Positions 40,314 through 49,872 are shown, counted from the whole stretch's first letter. The stretch is DNA of 63,839 nucleotides, filler included, from Acidimicrobiia bacterium (GCA_041577335.1; 3 parts of 3 records of this genome joined end to end with filler, not necessarily neighbours in it), one strand, 5' to 3'. Notes: generated by a model from the sequence alone, not told the origin. Made by a program: numbers and translations.

Positions 40314-41450
40314 ATGCCCATCGATAGGCCCAAGTTCACCGTAGGGATCGAGGAGGAATACCTTCTCGTCGATCGGGAATCGCGCAATCTCGTCTCCGAC
40401 CCACCGCCGGCATTGATGCCGCAACTCGAGGACATACTCGGCAGCCAGGTTTCGCCCGAGTTCTTGCGCTCCCAAATAGAGGTCGGGACCAAGGTCTGCG
40501 CCACGATTGGCGACGCCAGAGATGAGCTCGTCCACCTTCGGCGAGCGGTCGGTGCGGCAGCCGGCGGCTTCGGGTACGCCATCATTTCCGCGTCGACCCA
40601 TCCATTTGCGCAGTGGCAGGATCAGCTCACCACCGACAAGGAGCGATACAACGTACTCGCCGCCGACCTGCAGGCGGTGCTTCGCCGGCTGGTGATCTGC
40701 GGCATGCACGTTCATGTGGGCATCGATGATCCCGATCTGCGGATCGATCTGATGAATCAAATCACCTACTTCCTCCCGCACCTGTACGCATTGACGACCT
40801 CGTCGCCGTTTTGGGGCGGGACCGAGACCGGCCTCAAGAGCTACCGCAAGAGTGTGTTCAAGGCAATGCCCCGGACCGGACTGCCCCCCGAGTTCACGTC
40901 GTGGGCCGAGTTCGAGCGCCATATCGGTGCATTGACCGGACCTGGAGTCATCGAGGACGCAACCAAGGTGTGGTGGGACATCCGTCCCTCGGCCCGATAC
41001 CCGACGCTCGAGCTCAGGGTTTCCGACATCTGCACACGCATTGAAGACGCCGCCTCGGTGGCTTCGCTGTTCATGACACTCCTCTCGATGTTGTACAGGC
41101 AGCGAACTCACAATCAGCGCTGGCGCCACTATGCGGGCATGCTCATCGAAGAGAACCTCTGGAGAGCACAGCGCTACGGCGTTGAAGGAGCTCTGATCGA
41201 TTTTGGCAAGGGCGAGCTCGTTCCGTTCGCGGACCTCATCGAGGAGATCATCGAGCTGGTCGCCGACGACGCCGAGGCACTCGGGTGTGTCAACGAGGTC
41301 ATTCATGCACGGACCATCGTCGCCCGAGGTACTTCCGCCGACACGCAGGTCGCCACCTACCACGACGCCATTGCGGCCGGTGCCGAGCATCATGAGGCCT
41401 TGGTGGCCGTGGTGGATTGGTTGATCGAGGAAACCATTCCCGGCGACTGA
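40314..41450 (+). CDS. Carboxylate-amine ligase, YbdK/GCS2 family
   Basis: GIEEEY, GMHVHVG, SSPFW, WWDIRP, ELRVSD, ENLWRAQRYG. Confidence 0.92.
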   Translation: MPIDRPKFTVGIEEEYLLVDRESRNLVSDPPPALMPQLEDILGSQVSPEFLRSQIEVGTKVCATIGDARDELVHLRRAVGAAAGGFGYAIISASTHPFAQWQDQLTTDKERYNVLAADLQAVLRRLVICGMHVHVGIDDPDLRIDLMNQITYFLPHLYALTTSSPFWGGTETGLKSYRKSVFKAMPRTGLPPEFTSWAEFERHIGALTGPGVIEDATKVWWDIRPSARYPTLELRVSDICTRIEDAASVASLFMTLLSMLYRQRTHNQRWRHYAGMLIEENLWRAQRYGVEGALIDFGKGELVPFADLIEEIIELVADDAEALGCVNEVIHARTIVARGTSADTQVATYHDAIAAGAEHHEALVAVVDWLIEETIPGD

Positions 41451-41487
41451 ACTTCGGGTTGGCCATCCGAGCGACCATCATGGGGCC

Positions 41488-41976
41488 GTGACCGCCACTG
41501 TGAATCAGATCCTGGCTACCGGTTCGCTGCTTCTGGTCGCAGCGGTCGTCGTGGTCGCCACCACTCGTCCGGACTGGGTGCGTCTCCGCCGTATTCCGCT
41601 GTCGTTGGGGATGGCTTCGCTCGCCACGGCCGGCAGCCTGTTCTACTCGGAAGTTGCCGGGTTTGTGCCATGCCCGCTGTGCTGGTGGCAACGCATCTTC
41701 ATGTACCCGCTGGTGATCGTTCTCGCCGCCGCCTGGGCGTTCCGTCTCCGCGTTCGTCCGATCGTGTTGATCCAAGCGAGCCTGGGTCTGGGAGTGTCCG
41801 GATATCACTATCTGCTCCAGCATTTTCCGAGTTGGTCCGGCGAGGCGTGCTCACTCGAGGCGCCGTGCTCGGCGGCATGGGTGTGGGAGTACGGCTTTGT
41901 GTCGATACCCTTCATGGCCGGCGTTTCGTTTCTCGTTCTGATAGTCCTCAACTCATTGAAGGAGCCGACAACATGA
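41488..41976 (+). CDS. Disulfide bond formation protein DsbB/BdbC-like
   Basis: GSLFYSE, PCPLCWWQRIFMYP, second Cys pair, SIPFMA. Confidence 0.9.
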   Translation: MTATVNQILATGSLLLVAAVVVVATTRPDWVRLRRIPLSLGMASLATAGSLFYSEVAGFVPCPLCWWQRIFMYPLVIVLAAAWAFRLRVRPIVLIQASLGLGVSGYHYLLQHFPSWSGEACSLEAPCSAAWVWEYGFVSIPFMAGVSFLVLIVLNSLKEPTT

Positions 41977-42566
41977 CTCGATGGCTCGCGGTGATCGCCG
42001 CGTTTGCGCTTGTTCTCGCCGCGTGCGGGAGCGTGTCCACCGAAGGCCAATACGGCACTCCCGAAGTCAGCGGAGACGGGTTGCTGCCGCTCGCCGACAA
42101 CACGAACGATGCCTCTTTCGGCGCAGTGATACCTTCGGTGACCGGCACAGATTTCGACGGGCAGACCGTTACGATCGACCCTGCCAACGGCACATCGAAG
42201 GTGATTCTCTTCCTCGCTCACTGGTGCCCACACTGCCAGCAGGAAGTGCCGATGGTTCAGGAGTTCTTGGATGCGAACGGCGGCCCGCCGGAAGGAGTGG
42301 AGTTCCTCTCGGTGGCAACCTCGACCGACCCGTCCCGACCCAACTTTCCGCCCAGCGCGTGGCTCGACCGGGAAGGGTGGGAGCCCCCGGTCATAGTCGA
42401 CGACGAGGCACAAACCGTGGCGAGTGCTTTCGGCCTCAGCGCCTTCCCATTCTGGGTGGTCGTCGGTCCGGATGGGACCGTTCTGCAGCGGGTCGCCGGA
42501 GGCATCAATATCGAAGCGCTACCCGCGCTCTTCGACCAGCTGACCTCCCTGGAAGTCTCCGGTTGA
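41973..42566 (+). CDS. TlpA/redoxin-family thiol-disulfide oxidoreductase lipoprotein
   Basis: Lipobox LAAC, WCPHC, cis-Pro AFP; overlaps dsbB stop. Confidence 0.88.
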   Translation: MTRWLAVIAAFALVLAACGSVSTEGQYGTPEVSGDGLLPLADNTNDASFGAVIPSVTGTDFDGQTVTIDPANGTSKVILFLAHWCPHCQQEVPMVQEFLDANGGPPEGVEFLSVATSTDPSRPNFPPSAWLDREGWEPPVIVDDEAQTVASAFGLSAFPFWVVVGPDGTVLQRVAGGINIEALPALFDQLTSLEVSG

Positions 42567-42610
42567 GCTTGCCAAGGTTTGGGGGCCAACGTAGGCTTTT
42601 GGCGCCTCAT

Positions 42611-42682
42611 TCGGGGGTGGTGTAATTGGCAACACAGCAGGTTCTGGTCCTGTCGTTGAGGGTTCGAGTCCTTCCCCCCGAG
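42611..42682 (+). tRNA. tRNA-Gln (CTG)
   Basis: TCGGGGG/CCCCCGA acceptor with U1-A72, GCAGG-TTCTGGT-CCTGT, GTTCGAGTC. Confidence 0.96.
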
Positions 42683-42709
42683 CGGATGTGCCTACCAGCC
42701 ATCCATGTT

Positions 42710-42782
42710 GGCCCCGTCGTCTAGTGGCCTAGGACGCCGGCCTCTCAAGCCGGTAACGCCAGTTCGAATCTGGTCGGGGCTG
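42710..42782 (+). tRNA. tRNA-Glu (CTC)
   Basis: GGCCCCG/CGGGGCT, CCGGC-CTCTCAA-GCCGG, GTTCGAATC. Confidence 0.96.
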
Positions 42783-42783
42783 C

Positions 42784-42824
42784 CCATCAAGAAACCCTCG
42801 CCGAAGGCGGGGGTTTCTTGATGG
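42784..42824 (+). terminator. Rho-independent terminator-like hairpin
   Basis: CCATCAAGAAACCCTCGCC-GAA-GGCGGGGGTTTCTTGATGG. Confidence 0.8.
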
Positions 42825-42859
42825 TTCTGTGCAGATTCGAACCGAATCCTGGTCGGGGC

Positions 42860-42984
42860 GTGAAACACCGGAGGTGTTTCACGATTGGAGTTCGCTGCTG
42901 CGAACTCGGGGCTGCCGCGAACTCGCTGCGGCTGCTTGTGATAGCAGCCTCCGCGAGTTCGTTGCAGTTTGCTCCGCAAACTGC
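42860..42984. repeat. Tandem array of short inverted repeats (REP-like)
   Basis: GTGAAACACC/GGTGTTTCAC, GAGTTCGC/GCGAACTC, GCGAACTCGC...GCGAGTTCGT, GCAGTTTGC/GCAAACTGC. Confidence 0.6.
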
Positions 42985-43066
42985 GCATGCTGGGGTCGCC
43001 GAAGGGATCTCAACGCACCGGTTTGACCAACCGACCGAGCCACTCGCGATCGTCCTCGCCGGTGCG

Positions 43067-43504
43067 TTACCCCGGTGACTCCGGATTGAGCAGGTGGGCA
43101 GTGGAACGGAACTGGAGAGTCTCGGGTTCCAGAACTCCTTCTTCATAGCCCCATCGGTCGTTCAGCCAGAGCAGGCCGGGATCGTCGGTGTACCAGCGGA
43201 CTGGGCCCGAGAACAGGCGGCGTCCTTGCTCGTCCGGCAAGAGACTGATGCCGTTCATGCGATACATGATTGGACGGTCGTGGCCTTCCAGCCGGATGAT
43301 TCCGGTGATGTCCGGTAGGAAAGCGCCGTCGGCGCGTCGTGGCGGAAAGTTCGTCCACTCGATCGAACCGTGCGTCCCTGCCCAATCGATCGTTCCCTGC
43401 CCCCTGCCAATCATCTGAAGGAGCGCGCCGTCGAACAACTCGACCGCAGCTACCGTGCCGTCGATGTATCCCTGTTCGGTGGTGTAGAGAACCTCTGAGT
43501 GCAT
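43067..43504 (-). CDS. Hypothetical protein, DUF3237-like beta-barrel
   Basis: GSIEWTNFPPRRADG, TDDPGLLWLN, EG pattern. Confidence 0.6.
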   Translation of the reverse strand: MHSEVLYTTEQGYIDGTVAAVELFDGALLQMIGRGQGTIDWAGTHGSIEWTNFPPRRADGAFLPDITGIIRLEGHDRPIMYRMNGISLLPDEQGRRLFSGPVRWYTDDPGLLWLNDRWGYEEGVLEPETLQFRSTAHLLNPESPG

Positions 43505-43620
43505 ATGCCGAGCCTACGCAGCTTGCCCGTAGTTCGAGCCCAACTGGATCGCATCAGCGCCGGCATCTTTTAGGTGATCACCCGAGAGACGTCCGTGACC
43601 TGTTGTGGCTGTCGTGATGG

Positions 43621-43658
43621 TCCTCCTCCTCCTCGTCCTCCTCCTCCTCCTCCTCCTC
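43621..43658. repeat. (TCC)n trinucleotide simple repeat
   Basis: About 12 TCC units with one TCG interruption. Confidence 0.9.
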
Positions 43659-43966
43659 TTGGTTTGGGAAAAGGCCAGGCGTCGACGGAGGCGCCGAACC
43701 CCCGCATCGCGATTCGCGCGTTGAGTAGCATGATTCAAGTGTTCTTCGATTATGTCGGAGGACGCCGAAGTCAGCGCGGCTTGGTCCGACTGGGATGGAC
43801 GGCGAGAGAGGGAGGCTCTCGTGACAGGTTTGGGGCGGTTCATTTCTTGACGCGCCCTATGGAGTGACCAGCGGCCGGCGCTTCTTCGGAAGAATTCGAG
43901 TCTGCGAACGTCTGCGATCGACGCGAGCAGGTCCGGGGCGTATGGGGATGAAATGAGGAGGAGATT

Positions 43967-45007
43967 ATGAGATTATCGATGAGACGATCCTTGGTGATTG
44001 GCGCGGTGGTCGCGCTCGTTGCGCTACCGGCAGGTGCCAGTGCCATAGGTGGCTTCGCCAGCCCGCTGTTTGGCTTGGCCACCGCACCCAACGGCGACAT
44101 CCTGGTGGCCGACGCCGGCGCCGGAATCACGGCGATACGGAACGGCAACGTTGGCTCGACGATCGCACTGCCTGGCGTCACAGCCGTCGACCCGATTCGC
44201 CGGAGTTCGGTATGGGCGACCGTGGGGGCGACGACCGATCCGGAGAGCGATGATGGTCAGGCGCTCTATCGAGTTTCGAGCGGCAACGTGAGGTTGATAG
44301 CGAACCTCTTCGCGTTCGAAGAAGCGAACGACCCCGATGGCGCCGGCGTCGATTCGAACCCGTACGACGTTGCCGCCCGCGGGAATACCGCGTTGGTAGT
44401 GGACGCAGGAGGCAACGATCTGCTTCGCGTCGACACCCGGGGCAACGTCGAAGTTGTTGCGGTGTTCCCGGACGAGGTCGTGTCCACCGCGAACTTCGCA
44501 GATCTCGTTGCGACCTTTGGGTGTCCCTTCGGGCCCCCCGCGGCGTGCGCCCTACCACCTTTCATGCCTGCGCAGGCGGTTCCAACGAGTGTCGCCGTCG
44601 GTCCGGATGGGCACCTCTACGTCGGGGAATTGAAGGGGTTCCCCGGTCCGACGGGCGAGTCGAACATCTGGAGACTGGCGCCCGGCGCGACCGGTGAGAT
44701 GTGCCCCTCCCCGAAGTGCGTGAAGGTGTTCGACGGGGGCTTCACCTCGATCATCGATCTTGCCTTCGGGCCGGACGGGAAGCTCTACGTGGCCGAGATG
44801 GACGAAGCGTCCTGGGCGGCCGTGGAGATCTTCCACGATGGCGTGGGTGGCACCATCAGCGCCTGCGACGTTGTCACAATGACCTGTTCAGAGGTGGCCA
44901 CGGATATTCCCATCCTCACCGCGATAACCCTCAGCAGAGATGGCACGTTGTGGGCAACCAAGAACGCCTTGATCCCCGGCCTCGCCGAGGTGATACAGGT
45001 TCCTTAG
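43967..45007 (+). CDS. ScyD/ScyE family secreted beta-propeller protein
   Basis: Signal peptide; DSNPY, DAGGNDLL, QAVPTSVAVGPDG.LYVGELKGFP, GFTSIIDLAFGPDG. Confidence 0.85.
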   Translation: MRLSMRRSLVIGAVVALVALPAGASAIGGFASPLFGLATAPNGDILVADAGAGITAIRNGNVGSTIALPGVTAVDPIRRSSVWATVGATTDPESDDGQALYRVSSGNVRLIANLFAFEEANDPDGAGVDSNPYDVAARGNTALVVDAGGNDLLRVDTRGNVEVVAVFPDEVVSTANFADLVATFGCPFGPPAACALPPFMPAQAVPTSVAVGPDGHLYVGELKGFPGPTGESNIWRLAPGATGEMCPSPKCVKVFDGGFTSIIDLAFGPDGKLYVAEMDEASWAAVEIFHDGVGGTISACDVVTMTCSEVATDIPILTAITLSRDGTLWATKNALIPGLAEVIQVP

Positions 45008-45034
45008 AGACGACGTAGTCGAACTGACGCGAAC

Positions 45035-45060
45035 CGGCCCCCGCCGTGAGGTGGGGGCCG
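45035..45060 (+). terminator. Hairpin after the ScyD/E-family gene
   Basis: CGGCCCCCGCC-GTGA-GGTGGGGGCCG. Confidence 0.55.
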
Positions 45061-45225
45061 ATTGCGTCACGGGCCAAGAGACGCCGTTCTTCCCCCGGAT
45101 TGCCCAGGCGGTGCTTCGGAGCGTCACCCTCTGTGGTCGCCGGGTTAGGATCGGGATCATACGCTGGGCGAATCCAACCGCTGGCGAGGCCGGAGCCACG
45201 CTGTCGGGCGAGGGAGGACTGAGAG

Positions 45226-45675
45226 ATGTTTCTATCGAGAAGACTGCTGACTTCGACGGTCATGGCGCTGCTGTTCGGTGGGCTGCTGGTTCCGAGTGCG
45301 CTGGCCACGCAGCCGAACAATGAGGTTCCGCTCAAGGGTGATTTCGTGGGCATCGGAGCCGAGTTCTCCGGGAACTTCTCTCATCTGGGAGCCTTCACCG
45401 GGGTGGTCGACCTAGCCGGTGGGGAAGATACGGTGTGGGTCGCCGCCAATGGCGACACCGTCACCAACCAGACAACCAGCTTCGTCATAGATTTCGGTGA
45501 CTTCTCGTCGTTTCCAGTCTTTCCATATGAACAGACGATCGTGATCACGGGCGGTACCGGCAGATTCCACGATGCGACAGGAAGCGCCACGATCACTGGC
45601 AGTTTCAACGTCGTAACAGTGGAGTACGACGGTCAGCTGTCTGGGACGATCTCGCAGCCGGGACCGAGGCACTGA
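45226..45675 (+). CDS. Secreted hypothetical beta-rich protein
   Basis: GGAGG RBS, signal peptide (ALA), AANGD, ITGGTGRF..ATG. Confidence 0.75.
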   Translation: MFLSRRLLTSTVMALLFGGLLVPSALATQPNNEVPLKGDFVGIGAEFSGNFSHLGAFTGVVDLAGGEDTVWVAANGDTVTNQTTSFVIDFGDFSSFPVFPYEQTIVITGGTGRFHDATGSATITGSFNVVTVEYDGQLSGTISQPGPRH

Positions 45676-45787
45676 GCCGGGCCGTCGTGTGACGGCCCAG
45701 GGCCATCCGAGCACGCCCAATCGGGGCCAGGCGACGGTCGCCGCAGAGGAAGACTGCTTTCCACGGCACGGCGATTCTCGAGGTCGA

Positions 45788-46501
45788 CTACCCCGTCTGG
45801 CGGAGATCACGTCGGTGGAAGAGCATCACCGCCAGCCAAACGAGGACGCCGGTGATTGCCACCAGGACGGCGGCGTGTCCCCACTGCATGCCGTTGAGGA
45901 GCGGGTCGCTCGTCAGGTAGTAGTAGAACGGCGACCAGCGGGCGTAGCCGGCCAGGCTCTCATTCAGGGGTAAGAACGAGTTGACGATGTGGGCGGCGAG
46001 CGCCAGACCGATGGTCGTGTAGATCGAGAGCCTCACCCGCCCGGTGGCTGCGCTCAACATGAGCGCAAACGCACCGAAGGCCAGCCCGAGCAGCGTCACC
46101 AGCAAAGACGTGGCGGCGATGTTGGTCATCGACATGTCCAGTCCACCGACGAGTGAGCCCACCGCAACTCCGGTACCGGTGGCGACACCGACGGCAAAGG
46201 CGTAGATGACCATCGCCCAGCTCTTCTGGATCACGATCTTTGACCGTTTGATGGGGTTGGCGAGGAGAAGGCCCATCGTTCGGGCTGCTTCTTCGCCCGC
46301 CAGCGCTCGGGCACCGATCGCCAACGTCACGACCATGACGGCGATCGGCGCCATCAAGCCAAAAGTCTCGACCTGGTAGAACCCCTCGGGAGTGGTCATG
46401 TCGCCACCGCCGGTGGCCGAGGGGTAGCGCGAACCGATGCTGGCGATGTCGGCCGGCTTGCCATGACCGGAATAGCTGCTGCTGTCGGTCGGGCTGATGG
46501 C
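45788..46501 (-). CDS. ABC-2 type transporter permease, 5' incomplete at contig end
   Basis: GEEAARTMGLLLANPIKRS, several TM helices, SPFYYY. Confidence 0.8.
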   Translation of the reverse strand, partial: AISPTDSSSYSGHGKPADIASIGSRYPSATGGGDMTTPEGFYQVETFGLMAPIAVMVVTLAIGARALAGEEAARTMGLLLANPIKRSKIVIQKSWAMVIYAFAVGVATGTGVAVGSLVGGLDMSMTNIAATSLLVTLLGLAFGAFALMLSAATGRVRLSIYTTIGLALAAHIVNSFLPLNESLAGYARWSPFYYYLTSDPLLNGMQWGHAAVLVAITGVLVWLAVMLFHRRDLRQTG

Positions 46502-46601
46502 NNNNNNNNNNNNNNNNNNNNNNNNNNNNNNNNNNNNNNNNNNNNTTAATTAATTAANNNNNNNNNNNNNNNNNNNNNNNNNNNNNNNNNNNNNNNNNNN
46601 N
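46502..46601. other. Artificial contig linker
   Basis: N run + TTAATTAATTAA + N run. Confidence 0.97.
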
Positions 46602-46603
46602 CG

Positions 46604-47908
46604 ATCGGTCGGCAGATACCGATCATCCTTTCGGCTGTTGCCTTGGCACTTGCCGCCTGTGGCAATGGTGCCGGGCCATCCACCATCGAGGAGCCGGCGA
46701 GTTCGGCGACGCAAGCTTCGGTCGTTGACCCAACGTCGATCACTACAACGACGGCACCCAGCACGAACACGGTGTCGACAACCAGCACAACGACGTCCAC
46801 GTTGCCGGCGACCACGCTGCCGGTGGCGGCAGCTTTTTCGGTCGCTACCTATGGCGCAGGCCCCATCGGGCCCCTGGCCGGGAGTGGCGGAATGCTTGGC
46901 TCGGGATGTGCTCCTGGCCCCGGCCCACTTCCAGATGGCATCTGGTTCGGCATGGTCGATAGCGCATACAGCAATGGCATCAAGTTCGATCTGTGTTGTC
47001 TCCATCCCGGGCAGCCGGTGACCGTGACAAACGTGAATCCGCAATTGCGCGATGTTCCCGTGGCCGACCAAACCACGGTTGCCATGGCGGATGGTGTTGA
47101 AGCGACCTATGCGAACTGGTCGCCCGGTGACGACTTGGTGTGGGTTTTCGTGAATGCCGGAGCAGCAACAGAGATTGCCTATCCGACGATGGACGTGGCC
47201 ACATCCACCCCGGGCTCCACGACGTGGGAGGCATCGCCTGATGCCGGGTTGCCGGTGGGCGGCGGTTGCTGCTCCATGAACTACACCGGCCCGGCTTCGC
47301 CCACCGATCCGTGGCCCGCTCAAGGCATGCCCGCCGATGGTGTCTACGCGGTGAGCGTCACATTTGATGAGGCAGCCGACGACATCGTGCTGACAATCTC
47401 CCGGTTTGTTCCCTGTTCCGAACATCCTGAGGTCTGCCACCCTGATCCCCTTGACGGGGACCTTGGCATTGCCTCTGACTCGATCGTGCGTCGGGCTCCG
47501 CTCGACGGGGACCTGACGGTGCGTATCGAAGGCGTTGAACCCGATCCGGAGGTTGCAGCAACCCTTGCGGCTGGGATCGAGGGTTCCGGCGCTGCGTTTG
47601 CGCTGTTGATGGACGATATGGGTGAGGCGTGGGACGCCGAGGTCATGCCGCTCATCGATGCCGGTTGGGACCACAATTCGATCGTGACCGAGCTCATGGA
47701 CCGAGGAGAGGCTGACCCCAACTATCCCTATGGACCCAGCTCATCGTGGATGATTCCCGGTGGCCTACTCGTGTATCGCGGTCCGCTTGGTGTGCAGCTG
47801 CTCTTCGTTCTCGAGGAACCAAATCTGCTTCGCGGCTGGTCGACTCAGCTCGAAATCGTGGGAGGGGACCCGATCCTCTACATCTGGGCCGGCCAGATCG
47901 CCGGCTAG
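46604..47908 (+). CDS. Hypothetical lipoprotein with Thr-rich linker, start cut by contig edge
   Basis: Lipobox LAAC, long Thr/Ser linker, GSGCAPG..LPDGIWFG. Confidence 0.75.
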   Translation: MGRQIPIILSAVALALAACGNGAGPSTIEEPASSATQASVVDPTSITTTTAPSTNTVSTTSTTTSTLPATTLPVAAAFSVATYGAGPIGPLAGSGGMLGSGCAPGPGPLPDGIWFGMVDSAYSNGIKFDLCCLHPGQPVTVTNVNPQLRDVPVADQTTVAMADGVEATYANWSPGDDLVWVFVNAGAATEIAYPTMDVATSTPGSTTWEASPDAGLPVGGGCCSMNYTGPASPTDPWPAQGMPADGVYAVSVTFDEAADDIVLTISRFVPCSEHPEVCHPDPLDGDLGIASDSIVRRAPLDGDLTVRIEGVEPDPEVAATLAAGIEGSGAAFALLMDDMGEAWDAEVMPLIDAGWDHNSIVTELMDRGEADPNYPYGPSSSWMIPGGLLVYRGPLGVQLLFVLEEPNLLRGWSTQLEIVGGDPILYIWAGQIAG

Positions 47909-48199
47909 CGGCTGTGCCCCACGGGCTGCCTGCCTTGTCGGCTGCCCATCGACTCCAGGAACTCCGCCACCTCCGCTTTGTACAGCTCGGGGTCGTTGTT
48001 CCATGACTCGACGTGGTCGGCGTCTTCGACAGTGATCAGCCGGACTTCGGGATCGGCGTCGGCGTAGCGCTCCGACGTCCGGCGGACTGTTTTCGAGGGA
48101 GTCGGCGCGAAGGACGTTCGAGAAGTACCAGCCGGCACCTGCGAAGACCAATCCGAATACAACGAACCCGATGAGTGCGACCTTCAGTGCCTTCTTCAC
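47905..48199 (-). pseudogene. Membrane-anchored alpha/beta hydrolase with central deletion
   Basis: AGGAGG RBS + GTG, N-terminal TM (GAGWYFS) joined out of frame to a hydrolase C-terminus (ADHVESWNNDPELY...VAEFL). Confidence 0.6.
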
Positions 48200-48590
48200 G
48201 ATGCACCTCCTCGTTCGGATGCGAGGAGCGGCAACCTCGGGACGGCCCCGACGTGCGGGACTCCAAGACAGCCCACGACACCCGCACAGCATCATCGTAC
48301 GACCGCGGAGGTGCCCCAGCTAGAGGCTGAGAGCCTTACTAGATGAACTAGACCGTCAAGGAACTGGCCGGGCCGTGTTTCACTGCATTCGTTGCCGCGT
48401 ACACCCGATGCGAAGCCGTTGGTCGGCAAGGGGTCCCGGCTTGGCGGCCCGCAACCGCTTGACGGGAGGACACAGAGCGGGAACCTGTGATGGTCCGGTA
48501 TTCTCCGCGCCGACCCGCGCAGGCGTTGCCCGACAAATCGCACCGGCCGCAATCCGGTCACCAATCACAGCACAAGCCGAGGAGACCGAG

Positions 48591-49754
48591 ATGAGCAATC
48601 CCCACGCCGACCAGTTCCAGACCGTGCGGACATCCGTCAAGCGGTGGGAGTTGTCACCGTATCGGGAACGGTGGCAGTCGCCCGACGTGGTCTACTCGGT
48701 GTACGCCGATCGGTTGTCTCCGGTCACGCTGGGCGGCGACGCCCTCGCCGACTACTGGAAGCTGCGAAGCGGCGTGGTGCTCTACGACATCCCCGAGCGA
48801 CCCGTATCGATCAAGGGCCCCGACTCGGTGCGGCTGCTGGAGCGGGCGATGACCCGGCCGGTCGGTTCCATCCGGGTGGGGCGGGGCGTCTATGGGCTGG
48901 CCTGTTTGCCCGACGGCGGCATCCTTATGGACGGCGTGCTGTTCCGGCTGGCCGAGGACCATTTCTGGTACGTGCAGGCCGACGGCGACATCGAGAACTG
49001 GCTCATGGCCCTCGGCATCGACATGGAGGTCGAGGTCACCGACCCTGGCTCACGAGTGCTGCAGATCCAGGGCCCCCAGTCACACGAGTTCCTGGCGGCA
49101 GCCTCCGGAGCCCCGCTGCCCGACAACTTCTCCTGGTTTGCTGCGCAGTACTTCGATCTCGGTGGTCAGCGGCTGCTGGTGTCGAACTCGGGTTGGACCG
49201 GCGAGCTGGGGATCGAGGTGTATGGCCACACCGGACTCGATCATCTCCGGCTGTGGGACCACCTCATGGAAGTGGGAGACCAGTACGACATGACGATGGG
49301 CGCCGGAGACTCGATGGGCCCCCGCCGCGTCGAGGCCGGCATCCTCGACAACCGGACCGACTTCGACCGAACAATGACCCCGTTCGCCGCCGGGCTGGGT
49401 GGTTTCGTCAACTTCGAAAACCCCAACTTCGTCGGTCGGGCTGCCCTGGAGACGGCAGACCGCACCAAGCTCCTGTGGGGACTGACGTGTGCCACGGCCA
49501 TCCCCGGCGCCCGCGACGAGGTTCATGTCAACGGTCAACCGGTCGGCTGGATGACGATCGGTGAGTGGTCACCGACCCTCGAGACGGGCATCGGCTACGT
49601 CCGCTTCACAGGCCCCACCGACGGTGGATGGGAAGGCAAGACGGTGACCCTGGTCGATGGCGACGGCGCCGAGCACGCAGGAACCGTCGTGGCGCTGCCG
49701 TTCTTCGACCACGACAAGCTGCTGCCACGCGGCTTGGGTAATCCGCCCCGGTAG
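48591..49754 (+). CDS. Aminomethyltransferase family protein (GcvT/DmdA/LigM-like folate-dependent enzyme)
   Basis: GPDS..LL, GGILMDGVLFRL, LQIQGP, GWTGELGIEVY, RRVEAG, LPFFD; GAGGAG RBS. Confidence 0.88.
   Translation: MSNPHADQFQTVRTSVKRWELSPYRERWQSPDVVYSVYADRLSPVTLGGDALADYWKLRSGVVLYDIPERPVSIKGPDSVRLLERAMTRPVGSIRVGRGVYGLACLPDGGILMDGVLFRLAEDHFWYVQADGDIENWLMALGIDMEVEVTDPGSRVLQIQGPQSHEFLAAASGAPLPDNFSWFAAQYFDLGGQRLLVSNSGWTGELGIEVYGHTGLDHLRLWDHLMEVGDQYDMTMGAGDSMGPRRVEAGILDNRTDFDRTMTPFAAGLGGFVNFENPNFVGRAALETADRTKLLWGLTCATAIPGARDEVHVNGQPVGWMTIGEWSPTLETGIGYVRFTGPTDGGWEGKTVTLVDGDGAEHAGTVVALPFFDHDKLLPRGLGNPPR
49344..49735 (+). repeat. Long direct repeat, copy 1 (3' end of the aminomethyltransferase)
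   Basis: Closely matches 60439-60821. Confidence 0.92.
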
Positions 49755-49844
49755 CCTCGGGGATGGCCGCGCTGAAAGCTTCGTGGGTCGTTCCCGCCGG
49801 CTCGATCGTTGTGCCGGGCGTGCCCATTGTTCACGGCGGTCACA

Positions 49845-49872
49845 CTCAAGGAACGTGGAAGCACCGCCGATA
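49845..49872 (+). promoter_or_regulatory. Putative sigma-28/FliA/WhiG-type promoter
   Basis: CTCAAG-N15-GCCGATA ending 8 nt before the kinase ATG. Confidence 0.5.

Noticed and set aside
42783..46501. Prophage or integrative element downstream of the tRNAs
   Set aside because: No integrase, transposase or phage genes, and the contig ends before any distal att site
48308..48365. TPP riboswitch-like GGTGCCCC...GGCTGAGA
   Set aside because: No following ACCTGA/TAATGC pyrophosphate-binding half
48428..48462. SAM-IV riboswitch-like string CCCGGCTTGGCGGCCCGCAACC upstream of the aminomethyltransferase
   Set aside because: The P1 core and 3' half of the motif cannot be found
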